A DNA stretch of 64,000 bases from Amphiscolops sp. MND2022 (taxonomy: Eukaryota). Of the stretch, positions 48,821 to 61,707 are shown one piece after another. Within the stretch, counting starts at the first letter, position 1, and the number at the start of each line of letters is the position of its first letter. Position numbers and translations under genes: made by a program. The stretch covers positions 11,718,001 to 11,782,000 of the forward strand of contig OZ076421.1 of NCBI GenBank assembly GCA_964187785.1. Direction: 5' to 3'. The notes beneath the pieces are model-generated. The model was not told the origin of the DNA. It worked only from the letters and a program-made list of their open reading frames with translations, and made no database searches.

Positions 48821-50316
48821 GCAAGTAGCATCGAAAATAATGCAATATTCTTACTTTTCAAACACTGTTTGTAGATACCAAACATGATTATCATTGATAT
48901 AATTTTATTCAACTAATTGAACACAGAAAGTTGTTCAGACTGGAAAGAGTTGAAAATAAGTTGCGAACAGCCCGGCTTAATTGACTTCGAGAAGACCCTT
49001 ACTTCCAACTTATCAGGATCTTTGCGAGCAAACACTTTAAAATATAATATAGGACAATTATTGCGAAACTCATCAACATCATAGTACCAAAGTACTCAAT
49101 AAGGACCCTTTGAGACTCGAAAAGTGTTGTTCTTAACGGAAAACAAAATTTTCCAGACCTTTTTTTGGAAAATATATTCAAAAATGTTGCATAGTGCCGA
49201 AAAACCCAGAGCGGACCCTCCAGGCTCGCAAAATGACGCTTTTTCTTGTTGAAAACATCAAAAAATCTAAAGGAACTGTTTGAACTCAAATAGTTCCGAG
49301 GATACTGTAATTACCATGAAGCACCCTACCGGAGTACCCCATAGCATTCTTGGGTACCTTTAGAACTTAGACGTGAAGTCTGAAAAAAGTGGACTATTTA
49401 GTCTCAGGTCTGTTGTCTAACAAAAAACCTGCCTCTGTAAGGGTCGTCTGGCACTTTTTGTTACAAGAAGCGCCGACTAAATGAACCTGTTTGGGTATAA
49501 AAAACTAAGCTTTTTCAATCGAGGACACCTCTTCAAATAGCACCCTGTCAGTGTGATTTTTTCGTCGTTAATATTGAATCGGTGAATAATTGAATGGCGC
49601 AAGGTCGATGTTAACTGCCATTTTTGAGAGTCGGAAACATTTTCGACTACGTATGCAATCGTACCTTTTTTCTCCCGACCTTTCAATGAAAATTTCAAAT
49701 ATCTCAAACTTTTCATACATTTTTTAAAATAAAATTTTGCACAATACAATCATTCTACACCCAAAAGTGCCCCTGCGTGCGCGATGACATCAAAATCGTA
49801 TTACTGGAATCTGAGAGACAGCCAAAATTAGCCCAAAAATGACCAAATGCCAAAGTACGTAATTTGTTTTTCAATATTTCAATCCGTTTCCGACTCCTTT
49901 ACCGTACATGCCGCTCTAGTCATTATTTTCGTCGACATCATAATCGTCATGAAATGTGAAGTCTGTGGTTATAGCGAGTCAAACAAAGGGGCCGGGCAAC
50001 TAATGGGAAATTAGTGAACAGGGTTATGTTTTAAAACAAGGACTGTTTTAAACGTTTTAAAACAGACTCAGTATTTAAATAAAACATTGTGTTTCTTCTT
50101 AGCCAATGAGATTCGAGCACATACGAAGAAAAACCTCTGAAATCGCCTCAATCCAGAGATAGTGTCAAAACTTGCTATCGCTTACTGAATAGTAGCGATG
50201 ATTCTCTCAATGATTCTTCGTAAAATTTTCCGATATTTTTTGATATTTATTATCTTTTTATTGGAAATTCAAGGAATTTGAAACGTTTTAACAACCCTGT
50301 TTGTGGATTTGTTTAG

Positions 50317-50541
50317 GCGCGCTACTTGTCCAAGAAGTCCAGTGTGGGCTCCGTGCTGCCACTGCGGAGTCTGGACTGTGTGCTGGAGCAGATGGCTGCC
50401 TCGTGTGACCTTGACCTCATGCCCGGGGAGAATGACCCCTCGACCGCGTTCCTGCCCCAGCAGCCCCTCCACCGCTGCATGTTCCCCAAAACACGCCGCT
50501 TCTCGTCCTTCCACACTGTCACCAACCCGTACGAGTTCCAG
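50317..50541 (+). CDS. POLD2: POLD2 coding exon 7
   Basis: ARYLSKK...DLMPGENDPS..FLPQQPLHRCMFP...VTNPY is highly diagnostic of POLD2. Confidence 0.95.
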
Positions 50542-50809
50542 GTACCGCCTCTAGTTAGACTGATTTTACCAGAAAAGTCTAGGCAAATGGCAGCAGATAC
50601 TACGTCACTTTCGCTTTGTGCGATTTCATTTACAAGCGACCTTAGTTTACTGCCCAGAGTCATGCAAAATGCAATAAATTGGCAAGCTTTGTCTAGAAAA
50701 AGTAATTTGAAAAAAAAGATATGCCGAACAAATTTATTAGTGTTGGTTATCAATTTCCAGTTGTCACATTGTTATCATAAGGTTTTTTGAACGTTTTCTG
50801 ACGTTCAAC

Positions 50810-51092
50810 GGGGAGCATGGTATAGTGATTAGTGCATTCGGCCTGTACCGGGGCGGTATCAGGTTCGAATCTCTCTCAACGCACCATTGTTGGGCTTTAA
50901 GAAAGTCCTTCATCCCTAGTTTAGTTGTATGGTCAAAGATAAAAATTAGGCATTTGGCGAAGAAAAGCAAAAACAAAAAGAGCAACGGTGAGCAGTCAGA
51001 CCTTTGTGACCTTGAGCAAGTCTCTTTGAAACCACAGCTTCAAGTTCACCACTGCTTGACCACTTGGATGCAAATATGGTACCATAGCTTGC
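50810..51092 (+). mobile_element. tRNA-derived SINE, interrupted at its 3' end by the LTR element
   Basis: A-box-like tggtatagtgattag, B-box ggttcgaatc and core gtgaccttgagcaagtc; (TAT)n resumes after the TSD at 58866. Confidence 0.65.
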
Positions 51093-51380
51093 TGTTGACG
51101 CAGCAGACACTGAAAAACGTTTTGTATTCAAAAATTCTAATATTGAGTTCATTGATTAAGATATCGCACCAATTAAAGACACGTGCTTCTCATTGATGTT
51201 GTAAATTTATTCACTCTTGTAATCTGAATCATTCCCTTCTTCTTTCTTCACACTGTTCAGTTGCTGTAACTCTACTAAAAATAAGTCATCAGACTAATCA
51301 TTTTGCTCTTCCAAAAACAAAGTCAATCACGACATTAATTGGTGCCATAGCACCCCGGGAAGAACCAAATCAGCATCAAA

Positions 51381-54300
51381 ATGACTTCCTATGAAAGGAA
51401 AACGCTTCAGCAACTCAAGCGCTCTCGTTCAGCGATCACAGGAGTGATAACCAAGACGCTGACAAAGACGCAACCAATTCTTGCCAAGGACAAAAACGAC
51501 GTGACACCAGATGAGATTGCTGATTTGGAAGTCAGGCAAGCACTCTTCGAGCAGAAACTAAGCGAAGCTGAGCTTCTCAACGCCGCAATTTTGGAGCAAA
51601 CCCCAGACGCAGACGACGAGGTACAGGAAGAACTCATCAATGCCAGTGAGTTTCATTGTAAAATATCTTTTGAGCTTAAAAGGATAGTAAAATTTCTCGA
51701 GCAATTCGTTGAACCTGGTCCCAGTCTTGAAAATGCTCCTGCTCCGGCAAGTGCGTCACCCAATTGTGCAAGTCTCAAAATGCCAAAATTCAGTTTGCCA
51801 AATTTTGACGGACAATATCAAAACTGGACGCCATTCTATGAACGATTCATGGCCTCGGTGGATAGTTCCAAAACTCTGCCAGACATTCAAAAATTCAACT
51901 ACCTCAAATCTTCTCTTGTGGGCGAAGCTTCACAACTCATTTCATACCTACCTTTGTCAAATACAAATTACAAGATAGCGCTGAAAATTTTGATTGACCA
52001 CTACGATAATCAGCGACTCATCATGAACACCCATTTGGCAGCCATTTTCAATTTGAAACCTCTGCAAAGCGAATCAGCATCAAAATTACGAAAGCTCATA
52101 GTCGCATTCGAAGAAAATTTGATGACCATTCAGGCTTTGAAAGTGGACGTTACTTCAAGTGATTTTGTTTGGGTTCACGTTTTGGCCAAAAAGCTAGATC
52201 CAGAATCGAGGCGGCAATTTGAACTGGGTCATCCAGGAAAGGAACTCCAGACGCTACAGCAACTAACGGAATTCATAAATAGGCGAGTTCAAGCTTTAGA
52301 AGCTTCAGATACACGCAATTATCGAGTGAAAAATGATAAAACCAGTGCTATAACAGAACGCACTTCAAAGCAGAACTTCCAGAATTCAATCACACAGAAT
52401 TATAAAGCCACGTTTGAAAAATGCTGCGTATGTTCGGCAGATCACAAAATTTTCAATTGCGAAAAATTCAAAACGTTGGATTTCAAGGCAAAGAAAGCTC
52501 TTTTTTTCAATTCCAAATTGTGCTTCAATTGTCTCCAAGAAGGTCATCTTACAAAGGATTGTAAATCCAAAAGCACTTGCAAGGTTTGCAATGGTAAACA
52601 TAATTCCTTGCTTCACAATGAAAATGCTGGTACACGCATTGAAAGTACTAGTACACTTGTCTCCGGACAAGCATTGCTTCCATCTAATATTGGCATCTTA
52701 CCAACAGCTATGGTTTCTATAGAAGATGACTCAAGCAATATCATCGATTGTCGTGCTCTTCTAGACAGTGGCTCTCAAATGAGTCTCATATCGGAAGAAG
52801 CAGTGCAACGAATGAAGTTGAAGCGTCAAAAGCAATCACTCACTGTCAATGGGATTGGCAATGTTCACGGGACATACAACTCTGGAAAGGTTCAGTTGAA
52901 AATGAAATCTAAAACAGGAAAACCGTTAGAAGTCCAGGCTTTCATTCTTCCAAATTTGACTCAGCATTTACCAAATAGGTCTTTCAAAACCACAGGCTGG
53001 CTGCAAATGAGAACAGTTGAGCTAGCAGATCCTCATTTCAATGAGAGGAAACCAATTGATTTAACTCTCGGAGCAGACGTATTCAAGGAAATTATTTTGG
53101 ATCATTCTTTCAAAGAGGAAAATGGACTTCACTTCCGTATTTCCATTTTTGGTTGGATCGCATCGGGCAACCAGCCCATTCAAGAATCGTCTAGTCTTAC
53201 AACTTCACTTTGCATAAATGAAATTTTCGATTTAAAAAAGTTTTGATAAATAGAAGAAATTCCGAAAGCAAATCAATGGACAAATGAAGAACTTGCCTGT
53301 GAAAAACATTTCCAGGAAACAACTCAAATTGTTGAAAATCGATTTCAAGTATCAATGCCTTTCAAACCAGACGCTAGACCTTTAGGAGATACATATGTCC
53401 ACGCCAAACGCCGTTTTCTCAGTTTGGAAAAAAGGTTAGAAGGTAGCTCTAGCCTGAAACAAGGTTATACAGACTTCATCAACGAGTTCATTTCTCTACA
53501 ACATCTGGAACCTGTTCCAGATGCCGAAATTGACGAGACAGACCGTCAACTGAACTTTCTACCGTATCACTGTGTTCGCAAGGAGGATTCAACAACAACG
53601 AAACTGAGAGTTGTCTTTGATGGATCTGCAAAATCAACATCTGGTAATTCTCTCAACAGTTCCTTGATGATCGGGCCGACGGTCCAAGAAGACATTTTCT
53701 CGATTCTCATAAGATTCAGATTCCATAAAATTGCTCTTTCTGCGGATATTGCAAAAATGTATAGGCAAGTCTCATTGGATAGGACCGGGAAAGATTTCCA
53801 TCGAATACTTTGACGCGATTCCGCAACAAAACCGATCCAGCAGGACCGTATGACACGATGTACCTATGGAATAGCATCTTCGGCCTTTCATTGTACTCGT
53901 GCAGTGAAGGAAATTGGAGATTCATGTGCTGACAAAGAACTCGGACACTCCATCAAGACCGATTTCTACGTTGATGCCTACCTGTCTGGAGCCAATTCCA
54001 TCACAGAAGCTAAAACGAAGATAACAAATGTTTGTGATGAACTCCAGAAGTATGGAATGCAGCTTCGTAAATGGGCCTCAAGTCATCACGAACTAACCAC
54101 AGAACTGCCTGTGGAGCTCCGCGAAAACGTGGACATTGCAAAAGTAATGCATGAAGACTACAAAATCAAAACGTTGGTAATTTCGTGGAAACCCAACACA
54201 GATGAATTCTACTTCAAGCTGACAAAGCGGGAGCTCCTCTCGATAACGGCGAGACTCTTCGATCCAATTGGTTGGTTTGGACCCATTGTAATTAGATTCA

Positions 54301-56496
54301 AGATACTACTGCAGAAAATTTGGGTTCTTGGGATCAGTTGGGATGAAACGTTGCCATCTGAGATCCAAGAGCAATGGAATCAGATGAAAACGGACTTGAA
54401 ATGTTTGAGAGATTTCTCGTTGAATCGATGCATAGTTCCCCCAACGAAAATTCAAACCGTACAACTGCATATGTTCTCAGATGCATCGGAGCAGGCATAC
54501 TCAGCTGTAATCTATGCGAGGATGGAGGACACTTCGTCACTCTGAACCTCATGACAGGAAAGAATAGAGTGGCACCCATCAAAACAGTATCTCTTCCGCG
54601 TTTGGAATTGTGTGGTGCTCATTTGGGAGTCAAACTTTTGTCCAGGGTTGAAGAAATTCTTAAACTGACAAGTCTACCACACCAAGAAGTCTTTGGTTGG
54701 ACCGATTCCACGATTGTGCTTCAATGGCTGGCACAACTTCCACGAAATTGGACAACATTCGTAGCTAATCGAGTGTCTGAAGTGCAACAAATATTGCCGA
54801 AACGAATTGGAATCACGTTTCTTCATCAAGCAACCCCGCTGATTGTTCATCACGAGGAGCAAGGCTGGAAGTTCTTCAATCCTCCAGTCTGTGGTGGAAT
54901 GGACCCGAATGGCTACAAAAATCGCAAGATTCTTGGCCAAAATCCAAATTACAATTAGCAGAACCAATTGAAGTTACTCAAAAATGCAAAAATCACTGCA
55001 GCATCAATTTCACTCGCAGTCACACAATCGACATTGCTTTTCCGACATGATCGATACTCGAGTTTTACCAAACTTATTTGGGTAGTCGCAACAGTTTTCA
55101 TCGCCATGGAGAAGCTCAAGAGAGTCAACCGTTCATCTGATGTAACTGCGGCAGACATAACATCTGCAAAACGGAAAATACTAAAGGAGCATCAGATCGA
55201 CTACTATGCAACTGAGTATCACACACTGGAAGCAGGAAAAGAGCTGTCAAAACAAAGTAAAATTCTCAATCTGAATCCATTCTTTGATGACGAAAGCAAG
55301 ATCATCAGAGTGGGTGGACGCTTGTCTCAAGACCAATTCAGAGAGCTGAAGAAATTTCCACTGTTAGTCAGTCAAGATTCAAATCTTGCAGTTCTCATTC
55401 TTCAACATTTTCATGAAGCTACGCTTCATGGTGGGGCGGAGCTGACTGTGAACTCCAGTCGAGAAGAATTTTGGATTCCAAATTCCAAGGTCCTGGTGAA
55501 AAGTGATCAGAGAATGCGTACAGTGCATTCGTTTCGAAAACAAAATACCTTATCAACTCATGGCCGACTTGCCGGCTGAAAGGATAACACCGGCAAAAAC
55601 CTTCGAAATATGTGGTTTGGATTTGGCAGGCCCAATATACACTAAACTAGGAGTAAAATCGTACATAGCTATTTTTGTTTGCTTCGTTATCAAAGCAGTT
55701 CACATTGAGTTAGTAACATCTAACGAAGGATTCATGTGTTTTGGCTATTCGGAGATTCATTTCCAGACGCGGCATACCTAGAAAAATTATCAGTGACAAT
55801 GGAAAGAATTTTGTTGGAGCTAGGAATGATATCATGAAAATACAAGAAATTCTCGCAGTGGAGAACAACAAAAAATCAGTTGGAAGTTTCATGGCGCAAG
55901 AAACAATTGAATGAGAAATGATTCCGCCCAGGTCACCGCATTTCGGAGGATTATGGGAAGCTTCAGTGAAAAGTATGAAGCGTCACCTCCGCAGAGTTTT
56001 AGGTCTTCAAGTCCTTTCATTTGAAGAGCTGAACACATTGGTAATTGAAATAGAAGGAATTCTAAATTCCCGACCTTTGTCTGCAATGTCCAGTGACCCA
56101 AACGACCTTCAACCGATTACCCCAGCACATTTTCTTCTAGGTAAATCGGCAAAAGATATACCTACAATTCCTGAATGTAATGCGAAAGTCAATTTTGGAC
56201 ACAGATTCAAGTTACTCGAAGCGTCTAAGCGGTCATTTTGGAAGTCATGGTATCGAGATTACCTGGTAACCCTTCAGATACGCAAAAGATGGCTTCAATC
56301 GGGCCCTAGCTTCCGACAAGGTGATCTTGTCTTAGTGGCAGAAGACAACATGCCCCCCTTGCGATGGAAAATGGCAAGAATTGAGCAGTTGTACTCGGGC
56401 AATGATGATATAAACAGAGTTGCGAAACTCAAAACTGCAGTTTTTCAAATCATTAGAACTGTAGTCAAGCTCAGGAAGCTTCCTATTGAGCCCTGA
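51381..56496 (+). pseudogene. BEL/Pao gag-protease-RT-RNase H-integrase polyprotein, broken by stops and frameshifts
   Basis: Gag F.NFDGQYQNW..F; three Cys/His knuckles; protease LLDSGSQ; RT LPYHCV..TTKLRVVFDGS and YVDA; RNase H FSDASEQAYSAV; integrase GLDLAGP, FGGLWEASVKS, PITPAHFL, WKMARI. Confidence 0.95.
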
Positions 56497-56559
56497 TATG
56501 GTTTCTTGAAGCAAATCGTACCTTGAAACACTTTAATAATTGCATTTATTGGTATTTGT

Positions 56560-56775
56560 CGTTCTACCGACGAAAAGTTGACCGGAGTTTTTCGAATCCC
56601 CTTTTTGCACATGACGAAGTCAATGTGCATTGCAGTCCAGCTAAGAAAGTTTTTTTTCCACAATAGCCAACTTCAGAATAAGCGCCTTTTAGAGAAAAGC
56701 CAAAACCCCAGAGAGATTCGAACCTGCAGCCTCCCGATTGCGCGGCATAAGTGTTAACCACTGTGCCATAAGGAC
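56560..56775 (-). mobile_element. tRNA-derived SINE inserted in the LTR element
   Basis: A-box tggcacagtggttaa and B-box ggttcgaatc on the minus strand. Confidence 0.7.
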
Positions 56776-57451
56776 GTTATTGAATAAAGTTGAACTGTTG
56801 AATATACACGCATGCGATTAAAATAATATATATACGCATATTAAAATAATCGTTGTCTTCGTCATGTGTTGCGAAGCACCGCTTCGCCTCTGTGTGAGAT
56901 TATCCATAGCAGCGCTCTAGGACTTACTTTAAATTGTACAGGAGACTCTCTGCTACAACTTCTTGGAAACCGAATTTTTAATTTCGGATTTTATCTCATT
57001 TTCTGAACCCTCAAAGTTATCACCTATTACCCTATTTTCAGTACTATTCAGCAGCTACAAAATTATTTTCATGTTTAAAGTCATTGAAGAGGTCATATAA
57101 AGAAACAAACGTAACAAATCAACCTGAAACAGAATGGAGCGTGGCTAACACTGTGAATGACTCGGCAGCAGAAAGATTGGATCAATTGATAAACCGCTAC
57201 GTACTTGTACGAATGAATCAGGTAGTTCATGCGTCGACAACGTACTATTCCATTAACATTTTGTCCAATGTGTGAATACCTTACTGCAATTCACTCAGTC
57301 ATTCGATTTATTCACGTGAGCTGGCACACTGTTGATTGCTATGGTCATCAAAAAATCAAACGTTATTCAATGAACGAATGTAATTTCTGAAGATCAAATT
57401 TTGTTTTGTCATAACAAAAAAAAGTTCCACTGAAATGAAATTATCATTTGG

Positions 57452-58565
57452 TTACTCGCTGGTGGCATTCCAATTTTCTACCCAAGCAGCAATAGGGAGT
57501 TCTTCATCATCAGAATCGAGATCAGTCAACGTTGGACAATCTTTACGTCCCCTTTCTGATACTGATAGACCAAAATTAGCCAACCGTCGATTCTTCAAGG
57601 ACTTTCTTTTCAAGACTTTCTTTTGATCGAACTGAAACTCTCTTTTAAGTTCTATTCAAAGCGATGGAAGGCTTCAAGGTGCTCCACCATCTCTTTTCTA
57701 ACAAGGAATGCCCTGACAGTCTTGGATTCCGAACAGACTGCAGACGTTTCAGACGATTTTTCCTGCACATATTTCTTCCAATCAGACAACGCTTTTCTCC
57801 AGTACTCTATTCTGAGAAGCTTAATCAGACGACCCAAGGACATCTGCTCAAGCCACTGCAGAATAAAGCCCCGTTTGACGCCGCTACAAAACCGATCTAT
57901 TACCAAACTTCCACGAAGATGGTCAGATACGTTCAAACCCTCCCAACCGTGCACAAGAGACCAGCTAGTGCTTCCATCGGCAGCCGATGTGCGACCAGTC
58001 AGAACACAATGTGCAAAACAAGGAGGTTGAATCAGAAGGTCACCAGGTTTCGCCAAATGATAACTGAGACCACGACAGCCCCTGCGCTTTCTATATGGCC
58101 ACTGGTGAACCAAGGACCCTTTATTGCTAGAAGAGCCTTCGAATCAACTGAAATGTATGGAGGCACGTCGACGCGTACACAGTCATCGCTAAGTTCGAAC
58201 GAGACTGTTCGACTACCTTCAAAACCTTTGTTATCCAAACCTGAACTGGTAGCGTGGACAACAGCATCATATCTATTTTTGAATGATTCGAACAAAGCAT
58301 GGCCATGATTCCAGAAAGCTTTAACTTGAGGACTCAAGTCGCACAGAGTGTCAGCAAGAGGTCCACGGATGACAGTTGGGATGCTTGGAAAATTACTCGC
58401 CCAATTCAGAGCATTGAAAAGCACCAAAACAGGAAGTTTTCCCCGAGCTTTCCAATTGCTGCCATCATTTTCCTCAGCCTCAAAGAAAATATCTTCTATA
58501 TCATTTTCAGCTGCAACAAATTGCGACGCAGACTCACCGTCAACACTTTCCCCAGCAAGATTCAT
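57452..58565 (-). pseudogene. Antisense JmjC-domain ORF carried by the BEL/Pao element (internal deletion and frameshifts)
   Basis: PTVIRGP...ALLAIKGPWFTSGHIESAG (HxE), then in the next frame LAKPGDLLIQPPCFAHCVLT (distal His). A basic/acidic tail follows after another frameshift. The ATG lies 51 nt inside the 3' LTR boundary. Confidence 0.72.
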
Positions 58566-58865
58566 GGCAGTTTCTGAAAAATTTTTTGAAGCCACTTGCT
58601 TCAAGGGGAGCGGAATGTTGACGCAGCAGACACTGAAAAACGTTTTGTATTCAAAAATTCTCATATTGAGTTCATTGATTAAGATATCGCACCAATTAAA
58701 GACACGTGCTTCTCATTGATGTTGTAAATTTATTCACTCATGTAATCTGAATCATTCCTTTCTTCTTTCTTCACACTGTTTAGTTGCTGTAACTCTACTA
58801 AAAATAAAAGTCATCAGACTAATCACTTTTGCTCTCCCAAAAACAAAGTCAATCACGGCACTTGC

Positions 58866-58946
<81 letters not shown>
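58866..58946. repeat. (TAT)n microsatellite
   Basis: About 27 copies; it can be read as the tail of the SINE (+) or of the LINE (-). Confidence 0.98.
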
Positions 58947-60265
58947 GGATTTAGCATCAATGCAAGGGATGGGTATTTGTCCCTAGGTATAAAAGTTAAA
59001 ATGAGATATAAGTTAACTTATTTCTACAGTTATTCAGTGTACAGTCACAGAAGAGTTTCCAAGTACATGGCGATTCAGAGTTGAAGTACTGTTGAAAGTA
59101 ATTCCAGCTGTATTTCAACAATCTTTGCTTCAGGCCGTCTGTCTTCAGGAACTGTATTTCGGGTGGCATAAGATTGACAAGACGAGCTGTTCGAAACCAA
59201 AAATTTTGCCGGCATTGCTCGAGTCTTAGTATATGTAACCTGAAAATATTACTGGTATTCCGTGCCATTGACAGGTTGGGATTGATTGTGTAGTGCTCTG
59301 ATAAGTCACAGTCGTAATACCCAATAACGATTTTGTGTAATAGGAGAATGTCTGTAATTTGCATATATAGATGAAGTGGTAAAATATTGAGCATTATGAG
59401 TGCTGAGCGGTAGTTTTCTTCAGGAAGAATCCATTTGACAACTGATGTCTGGAAATGCTCAAGTTTTCGTGCTTGGGTGACATTGGCGGCCAAACAATGG
59501 GACCCATAGAGTAAAATAGGCAACATCATACTTTTGTATAAATTAAGCTTCGCTATGGTGGTGAGCATTGGCGAGTTTCGTCGAACCATTTGGTATACTT
59601 TCCGAGCCTTTCCAATTGCGGTAGTTATGTGCCCATTCCAATTTAAATTCTCCGTGATAAGTATTCCAAGGTCCTTTTGTTGGTTTGCTGTTGGAATTGT
59701 ATCACCATTAAACATGAGATTATGATTGTACGTGCTTCTCCCAAATGTTATTGCTGCACATTTCTTGACATTAAAAGGCTGACAGTTTACCTCACTCCAA
59801 TTGTATATATTGTTCATATCTGCTTGAAAATCGTTGCTGTTCAATTCCATTCCTATGAATTTGGAATCGTCGGCTGCCAATAGAGGGATGCTGAATCTGC
59901 ATTCATCTGGCAAATCATTGATGTATATCAAAAATAATATAGACGCCAAGATTGCTCCTTGGGGCACGCCACTAGATGCTTTGATGGGTTTAGATAGGCT
60001 GTCATTTACCCTGACTTGTTGTTGTCGACCAAGGATATACGACTTCATTAATTTGAAGAGTTTTCCTCTTATCCCAGTGCAGTAAAGCTTTTTCAATAGT
60101 ATTCCATGGTCGACCCTGTCGAAGGCCTTTTCAAAATCTGTGTAGACGACTGTTACTTCTTTGTTCTCATCTAGCGATTGGTATACGATGTTCAAGTATT
60201 TCAGCAGTTGCACTGTCATGGATCTTTGTTTCCGGAATCCATATTGGAGAGATAGTATCCGAAAG
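58947..60265 (-). mobile_element. 5'-truncated CR1/L2-like LINE with uninterrupted RT frame
   Basis: QYGFRK, YTDFEKAFDRVDH, SGVPQGAIL, YINDLP, AADD, QKDLGI; short 3' UTR followed by (TAA)n. Confidence 0.93.
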
Positions 60266-60896
60266 GGCGCCGACATAGAAAAGCAGAACTGCTTATTCGG
60301 CGTCCACCCCGCGGAATTGGGGAAATGAACTTTCTTCTTCCTTCAGTATTTCAGTATGTCTCAGATTGAGACGTTCCCGTCATTTTAATCGGCTATAAGT
60401 TAAGTTTGATTCGGAAGATAAAACTTCGAGTTGGCTAAAACAACAGAAGCATGAAAGAATAACTTTGGGCGCCAATATTTTTTATCCTACTATCCAAGAG
60501 CCAAAACGCGTCATGTTACTTTTGATTTGTCATCATAACGCAGGAGTTTCAAGTCATCTATCAGATGTCTGAAAACAAAACAAAACCACTGAATCAACTC
60601 AAAACCTGGAGCAACCATTAACAATCCTGTTGAGACAGAAATTGAACGCATGGCAAAAACAAATTCCCCCATTGAAAGTAAAGTTTTTTCTTTTTCTTAA
60701 AAACCACAAACTATGAAAAATGAGCCCCTTTGTAGATTTTTTGCAAGTAATGAATGTGTTCTGCAATAAGCTACGAACTCGGCAATAAGTACTTCAAATT
60801 GTCGGTTTTTGGCCACAATCGATTTGGACCTGATCTGTCTTTTGTCTTTTTAAAACTCTCGGGAAGAACTTCACCTATCGTGTTGTTTTTTCCCAG

Positions 60897-61130
60897 CTGA
60901 ATGGACATGACATCATCGGATGTTCTGGACAAAATTTGAAAGACATTGGTCGATACAGCACAGAGACTGACGAACTTAGAGCCTTGGAAATGACCCTGAG
61001 GTGTCAGATAACTTGTCCCACTGCCCCCGATACCCTTCCTTGCTACCCCCTCAGCAAACGCGAAGACCCCTTCGTCATCAACTCCCAGCCCAGAGTTTAT
61101 TTCGCTGGAAATTGTTCCACTCTACAATCA
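60897..61130 (+). CDS. POLD2: POLD2 coding exon 8
   Basis: GCSGQNLKDI...CPTAPDTLPCYP...DPFVI...PRVYFAGN is diagnostic of POLD2. Confidence 0.95.
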
Positions 61131-61575
61131 GTGTTGTACAATTGCGTTTTCTAATATATTCAAGAAATACCAAAAATACCAGAAACATTATAACCGATGT
61201 ATCGTTTAAATAACGAGTATATATTTTTTTACCATATTAGTGACACTGTCGGGTCGTACTGCCGCTCATTTGCTCTTAATAAACGAATATCTTGAAAGGA
61301 TATCTTGTCAAACCAAGTATAGATGTTTTAAGATTGAATGCGTCATGCCGGATTTCTTCGGAAATGTTTTTTGTCGCAAAAAAGCTACGCCAAAATGTAT
61401 AGTCAAGATGAATCATACTTTTCTGAGATGCTAAAGAATTGTCTCGCTAAAACAGTAGTTGGTTCTTCTGTTCGGAATTTTTCTTTCCCTTTACAATAGA
61501 ATTTTGAACTCCCAAATTTTGTTCTCGGTTTAGTTTTTGAGAAAAATTCTGCAACACTGATTTCTGTGCTATCAG

Positions 61576-61707
61576 AAAGTTATCCAGGAGAACCAGTTGC
61601 TGTTATGTGTGCCAGTGTTTGCCGAGACCAAACAGGCGGTGTTGGTGAACTTGAATAGCTTGCAGGTCGTGCCAGTCTGCTTCAGTGACCAGCTTCTGTT
61701 GACTTAG
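61576..61707 (+). CDS. POLD2: POLD2 final coding exon 9
   Basis: LLLCVPVFAETKQAVLVNLNSL...F-stop matches L..VP.F..T....LVNL.SL. The nine exons sum to 1344 nt, or 447 aa plus stop. Confidence 0.9.
   Translation, partial: KVIQENQLLLCVPVFAETKQAVLVNLNSLQVVPVCFSDQLLLT

Larger units (their letters stand above)
51093..58860 (+). mobile_element. Full-length BEL/Pao LTR retrotransposon (decayed pol) with extra 3' region
   Basis: TG...CA LTRs at 51093-51334 and 58616-58860 (6 substitutions and 2 indels by eye); 5-bp TSD cttgc at 51088-51092 and 58861-58865; PBS-like tggtgcc at ~51340; PPT aaggggagcggaa at 58603-58615. Confidence 0.97.

Noticed and set aside
50810-50885. Genuine tRNA genes (also ~45340-45430 and 56700-56775)
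   Set aside because: A/B boxes are present but there is no closed acceptor stem, and SINE-type bodies follow.
51381-56000. Deaminase or RIP-like hypermutation of the BEL element (three TGG to TGA stops)
   Set aside because: Trp codons are one step from stop; too few events to infer bias without a consensus.
58566-58664. ORF-track start of the 210-aa ORF inside the 3' LTR (and ORF 50825-51196 across the 5' LTR)
   Set aside because: This is non-coding LTR sequence read through by chance; ATG 58565 is the more plausible start.
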